Of a stretch of 64,000 nt of DNA, positions 11,790 to 24,264 are shown piece after piece. The notes under the pieces were generated by a model. The model was not told where the DNA came from, searched no databases, and saw only the letters and a list, made by a program, of their open reading frames with translations. The number at the start of each line of letters is the position of its first letter. Position 1 is the first letter of the stretch. The stretch comes from Raillietiella orientalis (lineage: Eukaryota). The DNA lies in contig JAYWIR010000019.1 in the NCBI GenBank assembly GCA_036172245.1, forward strand, positions 1-64,000. Reading direction: 5' to 3'. Made by a program: the position numbers and the translations under genes.

Positions 11790-13256
11790 GGTGAGGATGG
11801 TCTGCCTGCGGAGTTCTTCCAGTGCTTCGCGGCGGAACTCATCCCCCTGGTGCTGAGGCTTTCTGCGCTGATGCGAGAGACGGGCAATGTCCCGGCCTCG
11901 TTTCGCTCAGCAAGGGTGCGTCTGTTGCCGAAAGGCGGAGACATGCGCCATTTAAGCAACTGGCGTCCCATCACCTTGGTGAATGCGGACGTCAAGTTGT
12001 TCTCCAGGCTGTGGGTCGCGCGCCTGGGCAGGATCGCTGGATCCGTGGTAAGTCCGGAGCAGTCTTACGCTGTTCCCGGGCGGTCCATGGAGGCGAACCT
12101 GTTCTTCGCGCGCACGTGGCTCGAGCTGCAGCGCTGCGTGGCGCACGAAAGCCAGGCAACCGCGTCTGCGGCTGCCGAGGCTAGGCGTCGCTGCATTCGG
12201 CCTGGGGAAGCGCCGGGTGCCTTGGCGGTCGCGGTCGATCTCCGCAAGGCGTTCGATTGCGTAAATCAGGATCTCCTGCTGGAGCTCCTGGAACGCCTCG
12301 GTCTCCCGGTGCACCTCGTGGCGTATTTGCGCGCTTGCTGGCGCCACGCGCTCATTTCCATCTCTTTTAGCGGCTGTCACGTGTACGGCGTTCCGGTGCG
12401 GCGGGGCATCAGGCAGGGCGACAGCTTAAGCCCGTTGCTCTTCAGCATCTTCTTTGAGTTGGTGCTGAGGGCGTACAGGCTGACGCTGGCCAACCTGCCG
12501 AGCTCTTGTCCAGGAACGCCGTCCGTGGCGGCCTATGCTGACGACCTGCTTCTCCTCTTACCCATGACCACCCCGGCGTCCAGTCTCGAGGATTTCTTCG
12601 AGCTGATTCGCCGGGGAGCGGGCATGAGCGTAAACCGGAGCAAGAGCGTGGTCGTACCTATTGGTGCGGCGTGGGAGGGGCAGTCCGACTGGATCCGCCT
12701 GGGGATCCCGACCGCTTCCTCCGTGCAATATCTGGGCGTTCCGCTGGGGAACATCAGCCCAGTGGAAGTGTGGTCGGACTGCCTTCGGAAGGCTTCGAAT
12801 GCCCTGAGCCCGTTCCAGCATGGGAGGTTCGTCCTGCCGGAGCGGGCCACGATATGGAACACCTTCGTTGCCCCCTCTTGCGCCTCCTGCTTTTTGTTTG
12901 CCCGCCCCCCTACTCGGCCAAGCTCCAGGCGCACAGCCTGTTGAGGAACGCTCTGTGGGGACCTGCGAGGTCCAGGATCCGCCTCAAAGACTTAGCGGCT
13001 CCGCGTCGGGATGCTGGCTTAGGTATCCTGACGCTGGAGAGAATCGAGCTGCAGGTGCAGCTTCGGATGTTGGCCCTGTGCGCCAACCTTTGGTCCACTC
13101 CGTGGTGCGCTCCCGCGCGCCTGCTTCTGCGGCGCTGCACAGGCAGCGATGGACTTCTGTCGCTACGGCCGCACACGGAGCGCGCCACGAGAAGCTTCGG
13201 TTTCCCCTTGAAACCGCTGTACGGGCTCCTGGAAGCCCAGGAATGGATCTCCTGGT
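11790..13256 (+). mobile_element. Internal family A ORF2 RT fragment inserted antisense into the APE region of the 8190-15539 element
   Basis: GEDGLPAEFF...DLRKAFD...AYADD...YLG in 11544..12944. The host minus-strand ORF2 reads IERIAGG on one side and GTRYTCGVAFS on the other. Confidence 0.85.
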
Positions 13257-15169
13257 CCCCCTGCGATCCTTTCGATCTTCTGGGCGTTCTCCGCGGTGAT
13301 CACGTGGATCTCCTGCAGGAGTACCAGGTCGAAGTCACGCAGGGTGGCGGCCGTGTCCCGTCTGTTGCCGTCGTCGCGCAGCCCGTTCACGTTCCAGCAG
13401 GCCACGCGTAATCGACGGCGACAGGCGAGCCCAGGTGTTACTCCTGGGAAAGTGGCAATGGGGCTCCCGCCACCTGGTCGGGCGGGACGGATGGAGGAAC
13501 GGGATCACCGCGCACCGGTTCTCCCTCCTCCATGGGGGCCGATTCCTCGGCGGACCGCAACGGTTGAAGGGGGCGGGTTTCACGCACCTGCTCCCCCTCT
13601 TCCATGGGGGCCGATTCGTCGGCTGCGTTGGACGGCAGGGGGGAGCGGTTGTCAGCTGTCTGCTCCCCCCCTCCATGGCTATCTCCTGAACAGGTTCCAC
13701 CGGTGGAAGGGGGAGGCAATGCCCTACCTGCTCCCCCTCCTCCATGGGGTGGCCGGCTGCTCGGTGGCGGAGGGTGGGAAAATTCCTCCCTCCGTTCCCA
13801 CGCTGCCGGCTTCCCCCTCGGCTGCCGGTGCGTCCCCCTCGCTCTTCGTCGGGATGCGCCTCTTGGGATTCTTGGACTTCCGTCCAGTCTTCTTCGCAGG
13901 CGCCTCCGCGGAGGAGGACGCACTTCCGGCATCCGGTTCGTGGTCACCTGTCCGAGGTGCCTTGCTCGCGGCCGGCCTTCGCAAGGCCTTTCGCGCGCCG
14001 TTCTCACACTCCGCGAGTTCGGCCGCGAGCTCTTCCGCCGCCTGCTGGAAGGCGGCGTCCTCGATTGCGGCGAGCGCGTCGCTCGGCTCCCCCTCTGTTT
14101 GCACAGAGGGTTCGCCTTTTTCGATCGCGGCTTCGGCGTCAACGAGGCGGGAGATATCTCCCCCGGTGGAGGTCTCGGGGATCTCCACTCGCTCCAAAGC
14201 GACCGAACATTCGCGGAGCAACGCGCGGCGTTGTCTCCTATTTAAAGATGTCGAGGGTTCCGCTGTCGGTTCTTCGGTTTTCTTTAATTTTTTTACTTTT
14301 CGGCTTCGCTGTCCGCCAGTCCTCGTTGTCACCAGCGTCGTCGGGAGTTTTCTCGACCACCGTTTGCTGGGAGCTTTAGGACTCTGGCTTTTTGCTTGGC
14401 CTTTCCTTTGCTTCAGTGGTCTTGCTTGTTTTCTCCGAGCGTTTCCCCTTACCTTTTTTCAAAGCAGAGGGCGCTGGAGGTTCCCGCTTTGGGCACACTT
14501 TTCGGAGGTGGCCCTTCTCCCCGCAGTGAAAACACTGGATGAGGGCACCGTTTTTTCAGGTGCCCGGTTGCATCACAGTGCCCACAGTACTTGGGCTTGC
14601 CAACGTACCAGACGTCGACGACCTCGTTGCCGACGTCGAGTTTGTGGGGCAGCCCACCGTTTTCGTGGACCGTCACACGCGCTGCAGCCATGCCACTGAA
14701 CAGTCTTCCGTAACTCTGGAAGACGTTGGGCTTGGTCCATAGCGCGTGCACCGTACCATGTTTTTGCAACTCTTCTTGCACGCCAGCTTTGGTCATGCGA
14801 AGAGTTACACCCGTAAGGTGGGCAACAATGGAGCGGTCCTCCGTTACAGGGAAGACCTTTCGGCCTTCCAGTGTGATTGGCGTATTCAGGAGGTGTTGAG
14901 CAAGGCTTGCATTTCTGCAAGTCAGCTCCACCCGCTGACCACCACTAAACACGGAAAGACCTTCCAGGTCTTCCTCTTTTACGTTCAACCGCTGCAACTC
15001 CCTTTCCAAGTTGCGAGCGGTGTTCCCCACAAACAGATTGCCTACCTTGTAAATCAAGGACGGCTTGTATCCTTGTTGCAGGTAGGCCCGTTGTTCTGCT
15101 AAGGCAGCAGGAGATGGCGCTGCAGCCACGGAGCTCCAGGTCTTCGTGCATGGAGCAGGTGGATCCAAG

Positions 15170-15385
15170 GACGCGGTTGCCCCCTTTTTCAAGGAGGCGT
15201 TTGCGCCCTTTTCCAAGGCGGCGGTTGTCCCCTTTTTCAAGGGGGCGGTTGCGGCCTTTTGCACGAGGACGGTTGCTCCCTTTTTCAAGGTGGCGGTAGC
15301 CCTCGTTTCCGGAGAGGCGGTTGCCCCCTTTTTCAAGGGGGCGGTTGCCCTCTCCTCCGTGGGGGCCGTTGCCCCCACCTCAATG
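15170..15385 (-). repeat. 24-nt tandem repeat (about 9 units) encoding ATAPLKKG-like octapeptides in ORF1
   Basis: Repeated GCGGTTGCCCCCTTTTTCAAGG on +; protein ATAPTEER ATAPLKKG ATASPETR ATATLKKG ATVLVQKA ATAPLKKG TTAALEKG ANASLKKG. Confidence 0.85.
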
Positions 15386-15539
15386 GATTTGGGAGAGGAA
15401 CAATCCTCTCCCCCACCGACTTCCATCGCGGTGTCCTCAGGCATTTCTGCCATTGGACACCGCAGATGCTCCACACACAAACACTAAGGAAGGAACGCTT
15501 TACAACAGGCGCAGAGGAGTGCGGAAAAAACACGTCCGC

Positions 15540-17330
15540 ACGCCAAGTTGCTAGCAAAGGTTTGGGCAGAGCGTCTTGGACGGGTTGCCAACATCTTCAT
15601 CAGCCCGGAACAGACATATGCTGTTCCCGGGCGAAGCATGCAGGCGAACCTGTTCCACGCTTCCACCTGGCTTGAGCTCCAACAAGAAAGGAGCTTGGTG
15701 CGCAGCCGGAATTCCGGTGTGTGCGCCGGTAAGGGGTCGGATGGTCGGGTGGGGGAGAGCCTTGCGGTCGCAGTCGACTTGCGCAAAGCAGTTGGTTGCG
15801 TCGATCAGAATCTCCTTCTGGAGCTTCTGGAACGCTTGGGCTTCCCGGCCTCATTAGTGGCCCATCTGCGCTCCAGCTGGCGCGTCGCGCTCATCAAGGT
15901 TTCTTTCAGCAGGCAGACCGTGCACGGCGTGCCGGTGCGGCGTGGGATCCGGCAGGGAGACAGCCTGAGCCCCTTGCTCTTCAGTACCTACTTTGAGTTA
16001 GTACTGAGAGCGTACAGGGGAACTCTGGCGCACCTGCCGCACGACTGTGCCGGTACGCCGGCCGTTTCAGCGTACGCGGACGACCTTTTGCTGCTGCTCC
16101 CTATGTCCACCCCGACTGCGGCGGTCGAGTTCTTCGACCTGCTGCATCGGGGAACCGGACTTACGGTGAACAGGGCGAAGTCGTCCTTGATGCCAGTTGG
16201 TGCGGTGTGGGCAGGGCAGCAGGACTGGGTCCGTTTGGGGATCCCCACGGTGAGGTACTTCAAGTACCTTGGTGTGCCGTTGGGGGACTACTCCCCTGCG
16301 GAAGCGTGGTCCGGCTGCCTTCAAAAAGTAGAGACGGCTATCGGCCCGTTCCGAGGCGGCAGTTTTTCCTGCCTGAACGGGCCGCGGTTTGGAACACGTT
16401 CGCGGCTCCTCTTCTCCGCCCCCTGCTTTTTATTTGCCCCCCACAGAGAGGATAAAAGAGCGGACAAAGGACCTTCTACGTATCGCCCTTTGGAGCAACG
16501 GGAGGACCCGAGTCCGCTTAAAGGACTTGTGTGCTCCTCGTTGGGACGGTGGTCTGGGCCTCCTGACGCTGGAGCGGCTGGAGCTTCAGCTCCAGTTTCG
16601 AATGTCGGCACTTGTACCAGAGTTGTGGTGCACCTGTTGGTGCGTCCCTGCACGTCTCCTTCTCCAGCAGGCCACCGGCAAGACGGGACTGACGTCGTTT
16701 CTTGCACTCCGTCGCCGCGTCAACCGATGCGGACTCCAGCTACGGAGGGTGGCTGCGCTGTACCGGAAAAAAACAGGATTGGTCACCTGTCGCCCTTTGA
16801 ACGGTAGTGCCTGGTTGCAGGAAACCGTTCGCACGTGGGGACAGCTCGGCGTGCAACGCTCCCAACAGGAACGAAGGTTCCTGTTTGGGGGTTACAGAAG
16901 TTGCACGCTCCGTGAGATCCTGGAGGATCCCAAGGAGAGAGCGTGGGCAGGAAGAACCCCCCTCGCTGCTGCGCTGCCCTCCCTGATGGAAGATCTGGAC
17001 AGCGATGTTGCGGCGAAGTGGGAGGTTACCGTTACAATCTCCGGGAAGGAGAAGAAGGTAGGAGAGTGGAAGACGGGTCAGCTGACTGACTGCCACCCCG
17101 AGTACGCCTCCCCATGGACTTCTGCAGTTGGGCGCGCTGCTCGATGTTCCCATTTAACGTCTGTAGTGACCCCCTGTACTTATGAACACCTCCACCCTCC
17201 CTTTAAAATGGCAGGTGTTGGCTCTGCTGTTGCAGCGCTGGGGACTCCTGCAACGCCCGCCGACACCACTGTACCTGGGGAGCGATGGACCCCAGGTCCA
17301 GTGTGTTAAATGTTCCCACCCGACCCGACA
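15540..17330 (+). mobile_element. Family A ORF2 3' half (continuation of the 4977-8189 element), frameshifted
   Basis: Resumes DAKLLAKVWAERLG exactly where 6728..8203 broke; RT motifs in 15548..16807; later C-terminal motifs. Confidence 0.82.
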
Positions 17331-17339
17331 TGGCCGTGT

Positions 17340-18900
17340 TGTGTGTGGACATCGCCGGTGTCCGATGGCTACGATGCCTGAGGACACCCTGATGGAAGTA
17401 GGCGTGGGGGAGGCTAGTTCGCACCCATAGCCTACAGTGTCAGGGGCATCCACCCCGGAATCATCCCCGTTGCTCCAGACGAGGACTTGGAGCGCCATGG
17501 TGGCAGCGCCCAGCGCCGAAGCCTTGGCTGAACAAATGGTCTGCCAGACAGCACGGTACAAACCCTCGCTGGTATACAAGGTATGTCCTTTGTTTGATGA
17601 GCGGATGCACGAGCCTTCACGAAGGCGCTGCAGAACGCGAACGTAGCTGAACAGGATCTTCACGGCCTCTCCGTCCTCAGCGGGGGTCAGCGGGTCCACG
17701 TGGTATGCAAAGATATCACCTTGGCCCAACGTCTGATCACCGACCCGCTGATCGTTGATGGTCGGAAGATCTTGCCGGTGACGATAGACCGCTCCGTAGT
17801 GATCCATCTCACTGGAATCACCAGCCGCATGACTCGATCTGCGGTTGGTGATGAATTGTGGAAGCATGGAGAAGTGCACGCGCTGTGGCCTAAGCCCACG
17901 ATTTTTGAAGGCTACAATAGCCTTTTCGGGGGCCAAGTCGCGGCGCGTGTCACGGTTAAAGAGGGTGGTGCGCTTCCCCACAAGCTGCAGATCTGCCAAG
18001 AAGTGGTAGACCCCTGGTGCGTGGAGAAACCCCAATTTTGTGGCTACTGCAATGCAGTAGGGCATCTTAGGAAAAGGTGTCCGAACATTGTGTGCCACTT
18101 ATGCGGGTAAAAGGGGCACGTTCGCCGCGTGTGCCCTAAGGGTGGGGCCGGTGCCCCCTGCTGCCAAAAAGGCACAGGGCAAACGAGGCAAACTGTTCGA
18201 AAGGCCGAAAGGTGAAAATGGTCGATCCCAACAGCCAGTCCCAGCTCCACCCGCACAGGCGTCGGAGGGAAAAACTCCCGAAGGCGCGGGAGTTGAAGAG
18301 GGCTGGCAGCTGGATAAGGCCAGGAAAGAGAAAAAAAGTAATACTGCAGAAGAAAAGTCGGAGAAAACAGCGGTCGGCAGAAAGAAAAAACCCGGGCCGC
18401 GTTCTAAAACACTCCGCGAGTGCTCGGTGGCACTGGAGCGAATTGCTGTTCCAGAGGCCGCCACCCGGGGCGAAGAGCCTCCCCTCGTCGTTTCCGCGCG
18501 CCGGAGGTTCGCGAAGGCGAATCCTCTAATTGCACAGAGGTTGAGCCGCGCGAAGCGCTCGCCGACGGCGAGTGCGCCGTTCGCGCGGGCGGCGGAGGAG
18601 CTCGCGGGCACGCTGGCCGAGCGTGAGAACCCCTCACGCAATGCCGTGCGAAGGCCAGCTCCACCGAAGAATGCTCCCACAGGTGAGTGCGACCTGGGGG
18701 CCGGAAGCTCATCCTCCTCGGAGGCACCCCCCGGTAGTCGGGACGCAAGTCCCAAAAGCCGAGGAGGCGCCTCCCCCCACCAGCGAGAAGCTGGAAGCAA
18801 GCGATAGCGTGGGAATCCCGGAGAGGGATTTCCCACGCTCGGAAGCCGTCGAGCCGGCCACCCCAATGGATGAGGGTGAGCAGGGCGGCGAAGTCCCGAC
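17340..18900 (+). pseudogene. Degenerate family A ORF1
   Basis: MPEDT..., YKPSLVYKV, FCGYCNAVGHLRKRCPNIVC; multiple stops and frameshifts. Confidence 0.8.
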
Positions 18901-18904
18901 ATGT

Positions 18905-19316
18905 GATCCGACATGCTGCCCCCGACTTCGGATGGAGAGTACCAACAGATCCTCCTTGTTTACATTCATTCTGTGGAGCTGCTCGAAGGAGCGCGCCACA
19001 CGATCATTAAACACCCGGCCTACCTTATACAGCAGGCTGGGGTTGTAATTGTAGGCCTTGTAGGCCTGAGCCTCGGCCATGGCCGCTGCAGATGGCGGGA
19101 GACCACGGCGCTGTAGTCCCTCGCTGGCGGCGCGGGGGACGAAGCTTTCGGGGCAGGTGACCCCACCTCCATGGGGCCGGGGGACGTTCGACCGTCCTCC
19201 CCCCCTCACATTCGCTAGTGGCTGGATCAGGCATTTCTGCCATCCTCCGATCACGGATGCACCGCACTACACCACTAAACACGAGCCAGTCAGGAGCGCG
19301 TAAAGAACACGTCCGA
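18905..19316 (-). mobile_element. Family A 5' end and ORF1 N-terminal fragment
   Basis: GGACGTGTTCTTT 5' motif; YNPSLLYKVG, LSIRSRGQHV in 18709..19254(-). Confidence 0.75.
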
Positions 19317-20641
19317 CCGTCGGTGCTGCTTGTGCTCCATTGGGGACTTCTGAGCAGAGCACGCCTGTCTCACTGGACATTGGGGAGACTGGATGCCCAT
19401 TGTACAGAGTGCGGGGAAACGGAGACCTTCCCCCACTTACTAATCGAGTGTGTTGCCCTCCGCCGCACGTGGAATCGACTCTCCTCGGCCATAAACGTAC
19501 CGGTGAGCGACCCTAAAAACATTTTTCGTCGCCTCTTGATGCGGAGCTCCCTGCCAGGTGCCGCATGTGCTGCAGTTCTCTGCTGCATACGGGGAATATT
19601 GGACAAGTGGAACGCGTCAATCAGAGGCCACACTAGCCGGAATGCCATCCACTGGGTGGTCATCTCCATGGAGGCTTCCCGTTGGCGCTGGCTGAGTAAA
19701 ATTCTGCCAGCACTCGTTCGCATCCGGAACCAGATGCAGAGGCCTCCCCTCGGCGAACAGTGATCCCTTCCCTTCCCTCGCCTCCCCGTAAACATTGTCC
19801 TCCAAGCGTTTTTTTTTTTTCGGTTTTGTTTTTCTTTTTCCCGTAACCTTCGCGAGTGAAGAAGGCCTTACCGGCACTCAAGTCGGAAAACAAGTGCATA
19901 ACAAATACGAACAATGTGTTCTGACAAGAACACAAATACAATTAAAAATCAATTGACAGCAATTAATAATTGTTAATATGTTTTTTAAATAATAAAAGCC
20001 CCGGCTTACCCGGGTGAAAGATCACTCCACACGGGGGACTGTGGATACCCAGTTCGACCGGTGCGGAGAAAGACATTCCCCCACCTACTTGAATGCAGTG
20101 CCAGCCGCCCTCTCTAGGATCGCCTTGAGGCGATTCTGGACTTGCGCGGATGCGGCCCAAAGGACGTTTTCAGGCGCCTCTTCTGTCGTGGCGCCTTGTC
20201 CCCGCCTGCCTGTGTAGCAGTCCCCTGCTGCATTTGAGGGATCGTGGAGGCTTGGAACGCCACCAGAAGAAGACGTCAGCCAACTGGCAACGCCTTACGG
20301 TGGACTCGCCTATTCGTGCGAGCTGTATGCAAGTGGCGCCACTTAGGCGCACAGAGGACTCAGCTTGTCCGGATCCTAAATAGGATCTAGAGGACCTATC
20401 CGGGCGCATAGTGATCCCTTCCCTGCCCTCGCATCCCTGAAACATTTGTGCCCTCCCAGATTTGAACGTTTTGTTTGTTGTTTTTTTCTTTCCTAATCCC
20501 CGCGCGTCGGATGGACCTCGCCGGTTCCGCACCGGCACCAAGCAAGCTGCCTTGGAGTGGTGAGCACCTGGGCTGGCCACGAGAAAATTCCTTGTTCTTT
20601 TGTTACTTTGAAATAAATGCCCCGGGATATCCGGGTGAAAA
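19317..20641 (+). mobile_element. Two successive family A 3'-end fragments (19317-20019 and ~20020-20641)
   Basis: LHWGL...HCTECGETETFPHLLIEC. Each has TGATCCCTTCC, a T-rich tract and AATAAA + CCCGG..CCGGGTG hairpin (19991-20019, 20612-20641). Confidence 0.8.
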
Positions 20642-20662
20642 CGGATGACGTCACCGCAGTGA

Positions 20663-23600
20663 GTGCACGTGTTTTTGTGGAGCTCCGCAAAACCGTCGTT
20701 TTCGCGGATGTTTTCGGTGATTTCAGCGCGGTTGTTCCTGGGCAGAAATGCCCGAGGACACCGCCAACAAGGCGGAGGGGGGCGAGCGGGGCTCGTCCCC
20801 CCAACCCGTGGATGTTGGGGCCATCTCCCCAGCGGATTCGTCCCCCGCCCCGGCGAGGGCTTGGAGCGCGGTGGTGGCGGCGCCTGCGCCGCCCCCCGCT
20901 GAAGAACAACGTGCGTACATGGCCGACGGGTACAACCCGGCCTTACTATACAAGGTAGGTGGCCTGTACTCCCCCGCGGTTTTGCGATCGTTCGCGGCAG
21001 AGTTCCGCAAATTGAAAGTCCCGGAGGAAGAAGTCCTCGGGCTATCGGTCAGGAGTGGCGGGCAGCTAGTTGAGCTGAACTGCAAGTCTGCAGGGATGGC
21101 TCAGCAGCTGCTCCGCCTGCCGGTGTCCCTGAACGGGAGAAGAATCTTCCCGTTCACGGCCGACAACTCCATCGTTGTCCATCTGACCGGGATAACCATG
21201 AGAATGGCGAAGGGCGCCGTTCGCGAAGCATTAGAAAAGTATGGAACCGTCCACACGTTGTGGGCCAAACCCAATGCCCTGGGTTATACCAGGGCGTTCA
21301 GTGGTTACGCCGCTGCGCGCGTGACGGTTCGTGCCGAGAGTGGGCTACCTCACAGACTACAGGTCGGAGACGAAGAGATCGACCTGTGGTATGTGGGGAA
21401 ACCCGTTTACTGCGGCTTTTGCCAGGTGTCGGGGCATTTAAAGAAGAAATGCCCCAACATCGTGTGCTTGGGTTGTGGGGAAGAGGCACATCAGGCGGAT
21501 GTGCCCCAACAGGAAAAGGTCCGGTCCCGTAGGCGCAAGGAAGAGACGCCGAGGGAGGACAAGGGCCAGGAAATGGCCGAATCCCGCCCGGCCAACCAAC
21601 CCGATGCTCAGCCATCCTCCAGCGAACAACCAGCTGGAGAGAACGCCGAGAACGAGGAAGGTTGGCACAGGGTGGAAAAAAAGAAAAAGGCCCCGAAAAA
21701 GGAGGCAAAAAGCAAGGTAAACAAGGCGGCACCAAAGAAGTAAAAGCCTGTAGTCCGCGCTTGTTCCGTAAAAATTGAACGGGTGTCGATCGCTAAAGCC
21801 GTGAAAAAGGTAACGGTAAAAGCGATCGATACCGCCGTTCCCGAGCCGATCGTGCCCGCAGTGACGGCAGACGTGTTTTTTGGCTGCTCCTGCGTTATAG
21901 CGCGATTTTGTAGGTTGTGTGGTGTTTGGGCGGTGTTTTGAAGGCAGAAATGCCTGAGGACACCGCCAGTGCGGAAGAGGGGGACGGGCGAGCCTCGTCC
22001 CCTCAGCCCATGGATGTGGGGGCCATCTCCCCCACAGATTCGTCCCCCGCCCCGGCGAGGGCTTGGAGCGCGCTGGTGGCGGCGCCTGCGCCACCCCCCG
22101 CAGGGGAGCAGCGGGCGTACATGGCCGACGGATACAACCCGACCCTACTTTATAAGGTAGGTGGCTTGTACTCCCCCGCGGTTTTGCGGTCGTTCGCGGC
22201 CGAATTTAAGAAATTGAAAGTCCCGGAGGACGAAGTCCTCGGGCTTTCCGTGCGAAGTGGCGGGCAGCTGGTTGAGCTGAACTGCAAGTCTGCAGGGATG
22301 GCTCAGCAGCTGCTCCGCCTGCCGGTGACCGTGAACGGTCGAAGAATCTTCCCGTTCACGGCGGACAACTCCATCGTTGTCCACCTCACCGGCATCAACA
22401 TGCGAATGGCAAAGACCGCCGTTCGCGAATCTTTAGAGCAATACGGAACCGTCCACGCGTTGTGGGCGAAACCCAATGTCCTGGGTTACACCAGGGCTTT
22501 TAGTGGGTACGCCGCTGCGTGCGTGACGGTCCGTGCCGAGGGTGGGCTACCCCACAGACTGCAGGTCGGGGAGGAGGAGATCGACCTGTGGTATGTGGGG
22601 AAACCCGTTTACTGCGGCTTTTGCCAGGTGTCGGGGCATTTGAAAAAGAAATGCCCCAGCATCGTGTGCTTGGGCTGTGGGGAGAAGGGGCACATCAGGC
22701 GGATGTGCCCCAACCGAAAAAGGTCCGTTCCGTCAGGCGCGAGAAAGGAAGAGACGCCGAAGGAAAAGGACCGAAGCCAACAACAGGCAGCATCCCGCCC
22801 TGCCGACCAACCCGCTGCTCAGCCATCCTCCAGCGAACCAGCTGGAGAAAGCGCCGAGAACGAGGAAGGTTGGCAGAAGGTGGTCAAGAAGAAAAAGGCC
22901 CCCGTCAAGGAGGTAAAAAGAATTAACAAGGCGGCTCCGAAGAAGCAGAAGCCGGCAGTCCGCGCTTGTTCAGTAAAAATTGAACGCGTGTCGATCGCAC
23001 GAGCCGTGAAGAAAGTAACGGTGAACGCGATCGATACCGCCGTTCCCGAGCCGGTCGTGCCCGCAGTGACGGCAGACGTGTTTCTTTTGCTGCTCCTGCG
23101 TTTTAGCGCGAGATTGTAGGTTGTGTGGTGTTTGAGCGGTGTTTTGAAGGCAGAAATGCAGGGGACTGCCAACAAAAAACGAGGGGGGCAAGCAAGCCTC
23201 GTCCCTCCAACCAATGGATGTTGGGGCCATCTCCCCAGCGGATTCGTCCCCCGCCCCGCCGAGGGCTTGGAGCGCGGTGGTGGCGGCGCCTGCGCCACCC
23301 CCCGCAGAGGAACAGCAGGCGTACATGGCCGACGGATACAACCCGGACCTCCTGTACAAGGTAGGTGGCCTGTACTTCCCGCGGTTTTGCGGTCGTTCGC
23401 GGCCGAATTCAAGAAATTGAAAGTCCCGGAGGACGAAGTCCTCGGGCTTTCCGTGCGAAGTGGCGCGCAGCTGGTTGAGCTGAACTGCAAGTCTGCAGGG
23501 ATGGCTCAGCAGCCGCTCCGCCTGCCGGTGACCGTGAATGGTCGAAGAATCTTCCCGTTCACGCCGGAGAACTCCATCATTGTCCACCTCACCGGCATCA

Positions 23601-24264
23601 CCATGCGAATGGCAAAGACCGCAGTTCGCGAATCTTTAGAGCGCTTCGGAACCGTCCACGCGTTGTAGGCAAAACCCAATGTCCTGGGTTACACCAGGGC
23701 ATTCAGTGGTTACGCCGCTGCCCGCGTGACCGTCCGAGCCGAGGGTGGGCTACCCCACAGAATGCAGGTCGGGGAGGAGAAGCTCGACCTGTGGTATGTG
23801 GGGAAACCCGTTTACTGCGACTTTTGCCAGGTGTCGGGGCATTTAGAAAAGAAATGCCCCAAAATCGTGTGCTTGGGATGTGGGGAGAAGGGGCACATCA
23901 GGCGGATATGCCCCAACCGAAAAAGGTCCGTTCCATCAGGCGCGAGGAAAGGAAAAGACGCCGGAAGGGTGACCAACAACGAGCAGCCCCGCCCGCCGAC
24001 CAACCCGCTGCTCAGCCATCCTCCAGCGAACCAGCTGGAGAAAGCGCCGAGAACGAGGAAGGTTGGCAGAAGGTGGTCAAGAAGAAAAAGGCCCCCTTCA
24101 AGGAGGTAAAACGAATAACCAAGGCGGCTCCGAAGAAGCAGAAGCCGGCAGTCCGCGCTTGTTCAGTAAAAATTGAACGCGTGTCGATCGCACGAGCCGT
24201 GAAGAAAGTAACGGTGAACGCGATCGATACCGCCGTTCCCGAGCCGGTCGTGCCCGCAGTGACG
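20663..24264 (+). repeat. Three ~1.2-kb head-to-tail units of family A 5' UTR + ORF1 N-half (20663-21866, 21867-23071, 23072-24264)
   Basis: Each unit runs from (G)CACGTG/GCAGACGTGTTT through MPEDT-like starts and zinc knuckles, and ends at CCCGCAGTGACG. Confidence 0.9.

Larger units (their letters stand above)
8190..15539 (-). mobile_element. Full-length family A element inserted antisense into another copy, flanked by a 15-bp target-site duplication
   Basis: 5' end GCGGACGTGTTTTTT at 15539; ORF1 14449..15480 and 13724..14332; ORF2 start 13163..13405 and body 8622..11756; 3' AATAAA + hairpin at ~8190-8220. ACGCCAAGTTGATAG (8175-8189) vs ACGCCAAGTTGCTAG (15540-15554). Confidence 0.88.
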
